A stretch of DNA of 63,574 nt, filler included, from Asterionella formosa (taxonomy: Eukaryota), in assembly GCA_002256025.1 (NCBI GenBank). It is 23 parts of 23 records of this genome, joined end to end, with 100 filler letters (N's around TTAATTAATTAA, not from the genome) between each part and the next. Parts side by side here need not be neighbours in the genome. Positions count along the whole stretch, not along the records: positions 11,107 to 13,782 come from NKIB01014970.1; positions 13,883 to 16,556 come from NKIB01014971.1; positions 16,657 to 19,329 come from NKIB01014972.1; positions 19,430 to 22,103 come from NKIB01014973.1; 19 more parts are not named here. One strand, given 5' to 3'. Of this stretch, positions 12,354-22,203 are shown one piece after another. A model generated the notes under the pieces. It did not search any database and was not told where the DNA came from. It was given only the letters and a program-made list of their open reading frames with translations. The position numbers were made by a program, and so were the translations under genes. How positions within the stretch are numbered: position 1 is the stretch's first letter; each line of letters opens with the position of its first letter.

Positions 12354-12498
12354 CCAGGTACCTGATGCCAGGAACATGGTATCAGCCTACCGGCGGTACC
12401 TGGTACCTGGTACCAGGTACCGGTAACTGAATTTGTGTGGAGCGATATACATACCGGTTCTGGTACCTGGTACCAGGTACCAGTACTGGTACCGGTAC
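12354..12498. repeat. TA-CCWGG/CCGG/CCAG/CTGG-TA footprint-like array
   Basis: GGTACCTGGTACCTGGTACCAGGTACCGGTA and GGTACCTGGTACCAGGTACCAGTACTGGTACCGGTACC. Confidence 0.85.
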
Positions 12499-12867
12499 CT
12501 TCCTTTGCGTCGTCATTCTTGCTCTATGACATGTGTATTTTAGTGCCGATGCAAGAAAAACAGTGCCGTCATGGTGGGCGATCTGTTCAAATGAATCTTC
12601 ACAAATCATCGTGATCAGTAGTCTAATAATACCGGTAATAATAATGAGAATATTATTTCCGGTACACTTTTGCACTTATGTTCATGAAATAAATAAATAA
12701 ACCTATAAAATGTAAAGTACAAACAAACCATCCACATGCGAAATCTTGATGCTTTTTTAAATATCGCATCTAACGCTTGTCTTATTGCGCGCTTGTTCGT
12801 ACAATCCCTCGTGATGAGCGATCCCCACCACATCTACGAAAAAAAGGCTGGCTCCCTGTGGTCCAAC

Positions 12868-13066
12868 CTCGATTAGCGTGTGAGTACCGGCATGTGCACT
12901 GTCGACTTTAGTACAATACAGGCGGAGTGACTTCGCTACTACCAAGACATCATAGAAAATTAATCAAGCAATCATAAAGTATGTTAATTAATATATGTGT
13001 TTGTCGTTTAATGTATACAGTTAAAGTCAACAGTTAGCTAATATGATAGTATTATACAGTGGATAG
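12868..13066. repeat. Dispersed repeat family B (deletion derivative of 25559..26050)
   Basis: 12870-12940 matches the reverse complement of about 25977-26046, and 12941-13066 matches the reverse complement of about 25559-25680. Confidence 0.85.
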
Positions 13067-13229
13067 CAAGTGTTGGCCGATCAATAGGCGAAATCACTGG
13101 AGAAACAGATGTAATAGGACCCTCTGTGATTGGGCTAGGAGAAGCGACTGGAGATACAGAAGAAACTGGGGGTGCATCAGGAGGAAGTGTAGCAAGTGTT
13201 GGTCGATCAATAGGCGAAATCACTGGAGA

Positions 13230-13782
13230 AAGCAATGAATTTACCAGGGAAGAGAAGCTCCTCTGTAATAAATTTAGATCCGGTGTAGAGGAACGGAGTG
13301 CCAATGAGGAGGAAGAACAACGGGTTGATTCTCAACACAGTCGACAAGAGTTCGAAACCAATACCAAGCCAAACACTTGTGAGAACAATAATGGCGGGAA
13401 GGTAGAGAAGATTTGATCTGAATTGGTCTTCTTTCAATGTGACAGTGCAAATTCCAGTGTCGATCTAGCATTTTGGAGATGTTGAGACTGCAAACTTCGA
13501 TCCAGTTTCCTTGAGCTCCGTCTTCAATGCGTCAAACTCAGCATCTGGCATCATCGGTTCACCTTTCAAGTATGCTTTCGGTTCATGACAACCATGTCAG
13601 ATCCGTTCCATTGCAAATCTTCCTTCAATAGGTCAAACTCGTCATCCTTGAGCATTTGCCTTCCAGTGGCATACCGGTAGTAGGACTGAAGCGCGTCCAG
13701 AAAGATACGCTCCTTTTCGGCTACTGTGAGACGAATGAGTTCCCCACTTTCCGGATCGACGACACAGTATTCCTCGTCAGGA
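13230..13782 (-). pseudogene. PGRL1: PGR5-like 1 (PGRL1) homologue, pseudogenised fragment
   Basis: EKERIFLDALQSYY..G..MLKDDEFDLLKEDLQWNGS...AYLKGEPMMPDAEFDALKTELKETGS..PKC followed by TM segments matches the PGRL1 tandem motif. It has a frameshift near 13575 and an in-frame TAG near 13467. Confidence 0.85.
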
Positions 13783-13882
13783 NNNNNNNNNNNNNNNNNN
13801 NNNNNNNNNNNNNNNNNNNNNNNNNNTTAATTAATTAANNNNNNNNNNNNNNNNNNNNNNNNNNNNNNNNNNNNNNNNNNNN

Positions 13883-13976
13883 ACGATTGGAAGACTTTCG
13901 TAAACGAAGATGCTACTTGGATCGTCTGAAGTAGTAAGACTACAACAGCCGCGACGGAACAGCGGTACGTTGCCAT
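13883..13976 (-). CDS. 5' end of a probable plastid-targeted protein
   Basis: MATYRCSVAAVVVLLLQTIQVASS|FTKVFQS: a signal peptide plus F at +1 (ASAFAP-like). Truncated by the gap. Confidence 0.55.
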
Positions 13977-14156
13977 GAGGATGAATTTATGCAAGTACCG
14001 GGTACATACCGGTACAATGAAAAAGACTGCTCTGAGATATGCACTCGCACCTTTGTTCATATTCCAGTACATACATAGGATGTGGTACCGGTAGGAGTAC
14101 ACAGAAGGACAAACAGTAAGGTTGCTGGCATGATACTAAAAATATAGCACCTGGTA

Positions 14157-16052
14157 CCAGTCAAAAACTGCTTAAGACCACTATATTACCCCGTTTTTGG
14201 GCTAAAATTAGAAAAATGTTCAGCCGACCCCATTTAAAACCCTTTGAACAGAGGTCAACTAATGCATGCAAGCACTAGATAAATGAATCATTTTAACAAT
14301 TGGAAGGATATATGTTGCGATATCGCACTTTTTAAATCGTTGATTTTGCACTTTAGTGGTCTAAAACAATTCATATACTTTTTATCATGTATATGTACTT
14401 TTTAATGGTAAATGGTTAAAAGATATTACCTCGTTTTCCATGATTTCTCCAATTTCTTATGTCAACTGACGTCGATTTATTGTGCAAACAACAACACATA
14501 AATCACTTTTCCATAATCACAACTTCATCCTCGTCATCCCCTGCAGCTGAGGCTGATGGTGGCAGTATTGCTACAGCAACTGGGACTGGTGCATCGCCAC
14601 CTCTGATTGTATCAACATACTCGGTAAGCAGTAGTTGTTTCGTTGCAGGTTATGCATGGTGCATCGCCAGTTCGTTTGTACCACAACACGATTGTCTTTG
14701 TTTGCGCCACCGTCCATTTTTGTGGCCGTTTGTTGAGAGCTCTGATCGCTTGCACCTCGTTCAATGTTGCTTTATAATCCATAACTTTCTTATTCGCTTT
14801 CTCACTCTCCTTCTACACTGCTCTTCTTTTCTCCTAGTCATGTCGTCCAGTGCTTCCGTTCCCAGTTTAAAGCGTCCAGTCGCCACACGAAGTCCTGCCA
14901 TATACCTTTTATTTTGTGCGATCGCCAATAGTGCCAACTGGCAAGCCATCTGATCAAGATTGATGCCGACCACATGCTTGCGGTGCTGGAGCAAGTTTCA
15001 TGGTCTCAATGGAATTTTTTGTTTATATTTGTCCCCCCCCCCCTTCTCACCGGAAAGTTGTGTTTGTTGAGTCTCATGCTGTTCCGGTCTATCGGCTAGA
15101 TTATTGTTTCTCACACTGCTGTGCTTATCTTCATTACATGTAACTGGTGTCAAAGTGGACGAAGCAGTAGTGGTGGCTCTGGTTCCAAAGGTAAGTGTAC
15201 TGCTAGTTTCGATTTGTTCTGCTGGGGAACAATCCAATAGCACTATAGAATTCAAACCCTCTACTACTAGATCTTTCTTGTCATTATTCAATTTCTTCAA
15301 AGGGTACTTCACCATGTCTTTTGTTTGCCACGTTATTGTGTCAACTTTGTCTGCTACTAATAATCTAGCTAGCAATAGCAAAACTTGGTAAATCAACTCC
15401 TCCACTGTTAGCCTTTCTAGCGTCTACTTCTCTGACATTGTTGTTTAGAACAAGCTTTACTTTATCCTTATCTAGAGACTTAAAAATAACTCTGTACTTG
15501 CTCAAGGTTTGGCACTTTTTCGGTACATTATACTAAGTTGTAAGATCCAGAGAAATGAAAATGTGATATATTGTGATGGTCTCAAGAGCATTTCAGGATG
15601 CATCGATGTTGACAGTACAAAATCACTAAATTGCTATGGTGCGAACTAGTGAGTATGTTTACATTGGGATGTTGCACACAATCGCGCCGTAATCATAAAA
15701 AATTCACCTCAAGAAAAGCGTTAAAGGAAGCTATGTTAATTTGGAGTATAAAATTATATATTATCGTATATTAAATATAAATGTCGGCCCAGCTAAACGA
15801 GGTAATTTTGTTTTCTTCCAATGTCGTGCCTCACTCAACATTTTCGAAGTCGTTTATCTCACGAACTGGAACACAACATCGATCGGGCTTTAAGACATCC
15901 TAAGATATATGTAGATGCGTGAAACAAATGACTTGTTTATAGTAAATATTTTCGTATTGCTAAAATTGAAAAAGTTTGTAGTACAAAATGTAAGATTACC
16001 CTGTCATAGTGGTCTAAGTAGTTCATAGTGGTCTAAAGCAGTTTTTAACTGG
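14157..16052. mobile_element. Complete non-autonomous TA-targeting TIR DNA transposon (Tc1/mariner/pogo-like), 1896 bp
   Basis: Left end TA|CCAGTCAAAAACTGCTTAAGACCACTAT; right end ATAGTGGTCTAAAGCAGTTTTTAACTGG|TA. The TIRs are 28 bp with 2 mismatches and TA lies on both sides. Extra TAGTGGTCTAA copies occur at about 14354 and 16007. Confidence 0.9.
14560..14960 (-). pseudogene. Decayed ORF inside the TIR element, possibly a transposase C-terminal region
   Basis: Frame-joined reading ...FKLGTEALDD..K-rich..VQAIRALNKRPQKWTVAQTKTIVLWYKRTGDAP.PATKQLLLTEY. The assignment is inference only. Confidence 0.35.
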
Positions 16053-16398
16053 TACCTGGTACCTGGTAACTGGTAAACGGTACCAGCACCGGGATAGTGG
16101 TGTCTATTTTATGTTTGGCTGATCTAACGGTTACCGGTGCGTATACTGGCGAAAATTTGCGTCCGTGTCATGTACCGGTACCAGGGTACTGGTACCAGGT
16201 CCTGTCCGTGAATGCGGTGTACCTGGTATGCTATTATCATGTGGCTGGTGGGTCAGTGATGTTTCCTTCGCTCATGATCATATATGCGGCCATTATTGTT
16301 TGGCAGAATGGTGATGGTCGTTATACATCATCGGCCTTGTCTTTTTTATAGAATACCTGGAGACTATACATAGGCTGTACTGCGTGCGCCGATTGACA

Positions 16399-16556
16399 AT
16401 GGTTGTGATTGCATCATCGCCTCTGCTAATAATGACAATGATTACACTGATTGGGATCCATTCAAGACGAGTGGCTGCGTTTTCGCCACATCAGAATGTT
16501 GCAGCAGCCAACGCCAGATCGATCCGCTTTGCCACGACGATTACTGCTGAACCCTC
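16399..16556 (+). CDS. 5' end of a plastid-targeted protein
   Basis: MVVIASSPLLIMTMITLIGIHSRRVAA|FSPHQ: a signal peptide with an AAFSP (ASAFAP) cleavage motif. Truncated by the gap. Confidence 0.65.
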
Positions 16557-16656
16557 NNNNNNNNNNNNNNNNNNNNNNNNNNNNNNNNNNNNNNNNNNNN
16601 TTAATTAATTAANNNNNNNNNNNNNNNNNNNNNNNNNNNNNNNNNNNNNNNNNNNN

Positions 16657-18022
16657 GGCCAGTGGCAGTACCTCCTGGAATGGGCGACAATAAAATTGGG
16701 CAATCAATCATGTCAACGCCCACCACATGTATCCCCGTAGGCAAGCATTTGCAAAGAAGGTAGCCGTATGCTGAAAAGTCTCGATGGTATCAAAGGAAAT
16801 CCATACTGTGATGTCATTCCCTGAAAGTACAAGTTCAGGAGAGCCCGTGATTCTGTTTAATACCAACAAGCTGTAGTTTCCACTCTCAGTGAACTCGGAT
16901 ATGGTAAGTAGAGGCATAAAGTTGTCCTCTCCAGCACATCCACCAGGTCCAGCACTGGTAAAAGCACATCCAGGAGAATGACAAGACAAGTTGGCCAATA
17001 TATAAGACCGACCATATGCTGCCAACCCAAGAACAATTTGGTCATTAGGAACATTGCAGTCAAATAAATATTGAAGGATATCATGAATGAATCTCAGGTC
17101 TGTATGTGATCCTATGATTTTAGGATCATCCCAAGAACCATGAATGTCATAGGCCATGATGTTCAAAGAGTCTAATTGCTGAGAAAGAACAGTCAAATTA
17201 AACCCAATCTCCACATTGTATCGACTCACAGGAACTGCCATTGTTATTGTGTATTTTTCAAAAACATTATTGAACTCGTTGCATATAGTCGTGACCAAGA
17301 GGCCATAGTTGGTAAAGTCTGCTGTACTACCACCTCGATCAAAATCTCCAGGGAATTCCCAGTCCAAGTCAATCCCATCAAATTTGTATGTTTGCAAGAA
17401 CTCAATCACTGCCTCCGCAAATTTCTTTCTAGATACAGATGTGGCGGCCACAGTGCTGAAACGAGAGCTTGTGCCCTCGGCAGGGTTGTTGAATGACCAC
17501 CCACCTACAGAAATGATAGTTTTCAAATTAGGATACCGCATCTTGAGACCATTGAATTGGTCATACAAAATGACTTCATTGACATAATCATCTCCGTACG
17601 TAGCAATTTTTCCCGAAACATTCTTGAGCCAGGCAAAACTGTATGACAAATGGGTGAATCCATTTCCACTCACGTCAATATCAGAGGGAGTGACAGTGAC
17701 ACATCACTCCTTACTAGCCGCCCAACTCTGATAGTAGTAGCCGAAATTTACCGTCATGGTATCTTTGGATTTACATGTTGGACCAGTGTTGGCATATGAC
17801 GGAGACTGAGTGGTAGGCGTCGCCTGGGAATTGGTGTAATCTGGGCCCGATTATCGCAGTATTCAGCGGCGTCTCCACAATGGCCAAATGCGGAGCAACA
17901 TTGAGTCTATTGGAACATTGACCATTTCCTGTGATTCCATTTCTGCATGTGAAGTTTTCAGAATCTACTGACTGCACAAGTATGATGATGCTCGCAAGCA
18001 AGATTCTGTTGGAAATCAGCAT
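16657..18022 (-). pseudogene. Secreted GH18 chitinase with an N-terminal hevein/CBM18-like domain, disrupted
   Basis: Signal peptide, Cys-rich C..G..GNG.C...CCSAFGHCG..AEYC, GYY.QSW, THL.YSFA, ISVGGW, FDGIDLDWEFP, MAYD and GYMWWA. Frameshifts near 17900 and 16715, and a TGA near 17705. Confidence 0.88.
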
Positions 18023-18669
18023 GCTTCATAAAAATTGAAACAAATCAAAGAAAATGCTTAATTTTGTGAGGCCTCCTCCTCGGCCATGGAAAATAATGGG
18101 ACTAAAGCAACCTTAACACTACTCATCTCATGCGTCTAATAGATATTCTTGAATAGTTTTTTGGTAGTCCTAAATGCTGCTGCTGAATTTTCCGTCCCCA
18201 CCATGATGGTGTCTTCGGACAAGGCAGCATGCGCTGCTGCCCCTCCGAGCTACCCTCCTATGGAAAACAATAACCGCTTCGCTCCTGTCGACACTCCACA
18301 AAAATTAAAAAGCGCCCGAATGTGCTAACAAGAAGTCAAAGATTGACATCTGTACATGAATGCCTACTATATTACTAGGTGCCTACTTCCAGCACCATCC
18401 CACCTCCTTCCCTCTCTCATTGCACTCATCCCTCTCTCTGTTGCTACCATGCAAAACAAGAATAAGTTCTCCTTCCAACTACAATCACCCGCTCCCCCCA
18501 TCACAGTGACATGTCTTATTCATTTTCTCCACCCACATATCTTTGCTGATCTTACTACCTCGACTTACTCTGCATGGTCTCTGGCCAATGGATTCCATTG
18601 GATGTGCTCCAACCTTGTTCTGCCTACTACATTTCATCCTGGCAATCGACTACCAGGCTCTAAATTCAA

Positions 18670-19329
18670 ATTAACCGAGGAATCAAGAACATGGTAAGCC
18701 AACATGTACTGGCAAGCTTGTCGAGAAAATTTCCTTATTTGGGCTCATGCAATCACTTCTGCTGACAAACATGTTCTAACACTTGCAGTGAAAATAGATT
18801 TTCCCTTCTTCTCCTTCAGTGCCAGGTTCCGGTATGTGCCTTTGGCACATGCCCTCATGTATTCCACACCTTCCCCAGCTATCGGCAGCTTACTCATCTG
18901 CATAACCTGCTCCAAGTCTATGAGCATTGACCGTTGCAAGAAAATTGTCATAGATTTCTTGTATCAAACCATGCTCTTGAGTGAGAAATGAACTGATAAT
19001 TACTCCAGCACACTCATCTTTTGGTAGTAGGGGTCTCTCACCATTCGGACCTGTCCACCACATCTTGGAATTCAACAAGAATTGTTTGTTTGAATATTGC
19101 TTCATCCTGTCCAACAATCATAACAGTTTTTCTTTTTATTGCTTGTTATTTAGCACACTGCAATTTTCTCCCATTGGAAGATCTGGCCAGTGAGGTATCA
19201 AAGGTGTCCGCATGAAATTCTACCCCAGGGATTCCATCATCATCACTGTAATGAAATCCAGTATTCTTGACAACTAAACCTTGTGACTCTTGAAAAATAG
19301 ATTATTCTGTTGTAAAATGTGACCAACTT
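18670..19329 (-). pseudogene. IS630/Tc1-like DDE transposase relic, internally deleted
   Basis: VEFH.D, VMIVGQDEAIFKQ, KMW..PNGERPLLPKDE.AG..ISSF, AGEGVEY..AK..YR, and IRKFSRQA.QYMLAY in shifting frames. Confidence 0.7.
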
Positions 19330-19429
19330 NNNNNNNNNNNNNNNNNNNNNNNNNNNNNNNNNNNNNNNNNNNNTTAATTAATTAANNNNNNNNNNNNNNN
19401 NNNNNNNNNNNNNNNNNNNNNNNNNNNNN

Positions 19430-21806
19430 GTATCAACTGTGAACAATTTATCTGTCCATGGGAATTTTCCAACACCTTCAAGTTTCACTGGAAAATCATC
19501 AATCATTGATTTCACATATTTGGTCATATCCACCCTCAACACTCCTGGAAGAGAGTAATCTAGTGTCATCGCCAAATAATCATGTTTCTTTCCACGCATG
19601 ACCTTGACTTCACCAATTTCGTCAGAAGCGTATTTCTGTTTGAGCCATTCCAAAAATTGATCATTCACTTTGCTGTCCACGTGACTTGATTTCAAATCGT
19701 CTACATGCCAAGTAACTGTGTGCTGTTTGCCATTAACAATGCAATTTTGCAACACATGGATCATATGGGTTGACCTTGAATCCAATTGACTCAATATCCT
19801 TCCGAAATTTCTTGTATTATAATAATGATGACTGTAACATGCCATATAATGCCTTGATCATCCTAACATATAGGATCTTATTGTTTTCTTCATAAACAAC
19901 ATATTTTTCATAAGTCTCGGGGCTTAGTTCCGTCAACATATTGACAAGTAAAACTCTAATCTTCATAATGATTCGTTCCCCTTTTTCTTTCTCATCGATA
20001 TCCACTTGCTCAAATGCATTGGGTATATCTGCAGTCATAACATCGCGATTTTGCTTCGCATCAATTGTTGCTGTTATCATAACAGATTCAGTCATGGTAG
20101 TCGGACTAGCTGCTTCATCTCTTTCCATGTATTCACGTTGCGAACTGCTATTGGCACATGCTCTGCCTTTAATGCTCTTGTCTCTCTTTTCAACAAAAAA
20201 ATAGACTTTCCATTGCACGTCGCTTTTCGATATCGGTTAGGTCTTCAATCCTGATTGGTTCAAATACAGCTCTATCATGTAGTTGTTTCATTTCCTTATA
20301 AGCAGCGTCTCTTCCTTTCTGGCCAAATTTCTTGAGGCCTTTCCTTAAGCTGTGTGACTGAACAAAGTGAAATGCTTCTTTATTGATACACATCTCATTC
20401 ATATAACACATTGTCTTGTGATCACTTTCGCATTATCAGTCGTGTATTCTTCTCAACAGTGTGCTTGGGTATGCAAATGATTTTGGACCATAGTTAGTTT
20501 TGATGGTGGTCTTGAGACTCTTCCAGACCTTGTAGTTCTAACATTTGGGTCTGAGTCATCCTGAGTGCTTGGATTGACTTCTAACAATGCCTCTTTATTT
20601 TCAGTTTCATTTGCTGGCTCTTCATCCTCATCTTGGATTTCGTCTGAATTCATTTCAATATTATTCTCATTGTTGTTTAATTCGAGCTGTTCTGCTTCAT
20701 ATATTTTATCTGGAGTCATTTCATCATAGTCTTCTTCTCCGAGAATTTCATCATTGCTTTCGTTGTCACTAGCGTCTTGATCTTCATAATCTTCATCTTG
20801 TGCATCTTCAAATGCTTCATTATCATGATCCACTCCTGCAATCCAAGCACTATCATAAAATATTTGTCCCGTTCGATTTGATATCTTGAGACCATCTGGC
20901 ATATTTTCCTGCACAGCAAGGGCGTGTACTTGATTCATGATTGCTGGGGTAAGTGGTAGAGGAGTAATTGTTCGTCTAGTGATCAATGAATTTGTAGGTA
21001 GGTGTAACAATTCATGACCTCCTTGCATGTTGCCATTGTAGCGTAGATAAATGCAATCTAGGCTGCGTGGTGCATTAGTGTTTGAAAACACAGGTTCTTC
21101 ATGTGCTTGGACATAAGTGCCAAATGTGTACTGGCAATGTCGAGCATAGTCCAGGTTTCGTTGATGTAGAATCATATGAGGACTGTAATACGGGGATATC
21201 CTGTTCTTTGCCGGAAAGAAATTCATTTTCTTTGCAGATTCTGTCACTAGAATCTTAATCATCAGTTGTGGCAAATGTTTGAAAGGTAATCAATGATAAG
21301 CTTCGCGCACGCGTTCTTTAATCACTTGATTATTTCGCTCCGCTTCGGGAACATGTTCTTGTGGGTTTGCGTAGTTCATAGTGACTTGAAAAAAAAAACA
21401 CGGAATACTTGAATCAAAGCATCTCGATAGACTTCAGCTGTCTGATTCTTTACCCATCGCGCTGTCCTATACATAATGTTTCGAGAAATTATTGTGAGAA
21501 ATGATTGTCCATTGACTTTCATTCCATCCATGCAAAGAGTCACTTCGCGTTGAGCTTGGAAAGGCTCCTTAGGAATCTCGATGCAGTTGTTCACGACTGG
21601 CAGCGGCTTGCGACGAGTTGTCTTGCCTTTTAGTGTTCCGATGTCAGGTCCAAAAATTTTCTCTGCAATTTTGATATCATCGGTAGTCACTGGATTATTG
21701 TTGATCGTATTCATACGAATTATTGCCTTGAAATCGTTAATTGATGGTGTACCCAAGGCATGAAATAGATCATGAGCTCGCTTAGCTCTCTGAAATTGTC
21801 GTTCAG
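19430..21806 (-). mobile_element. Ty1/copia (CoDi-like) pol: integrase + RT, degenerate
   Basis: ALGTPS..DF, EHVPEAERNN, FGTYVQ, KGRACAN, TADIPNAF, KALYG and WHVDDLKSSH, with many stops and frameshifts. Confidence 0.93.
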
Positions 21807-22103
21807 CATCTACAACGCCGATTATTGGTACAGCCACCACAAAAAAAACGCTAGTCAAATATGATCACCCAAATTAAAATTTTGGGTGGCCCACTATGAC
21901 AAATTGGGCTATATACATAATTTAAGGGTATGATATAAAATATAAAATGTGATGCATCATAGAATATATATGATGCGAGTGAACTAAGATATTTTCGACA
22001 ACTTCCTAAATTTTTTATAAACCCACATAAATTTTGGGGCAAACTAACAATATTTTTTTATGGCCGATCATATAATTTCTGTATCGACAACCGCAATTAT
22101 TGT
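21807..22103 (+). mobile_element. Terminus of an unclassified element (family C) inserted into copia pol
   Basis: Begins CATCTACAACGCCGATTA. The same sequence with the same start occurs at 43860 in a different flank. Confidence 0.8.
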
Positions 22104-22203
22104 NNNNNNNNNNNNNNNNNNNNNNNNNNNNNNNNNNNNNNNNNNNNTTAATTAATTAANNNNNNNNNNNNNNNNNNNNNNNNNNNNNNNNNNNNNNNNN
22201 NNN

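Noticed and set aside
12354..12498. CCWGG/GGTACC/ACCGGT clusters as Dcm or restriction-site or cloning artefacts
   Set aside because: Eukaryotic DNA. The motifs occur inside contigs as copy-specific insertions with TA duplication rather than at contig joins. A raw-read check is still advisable.
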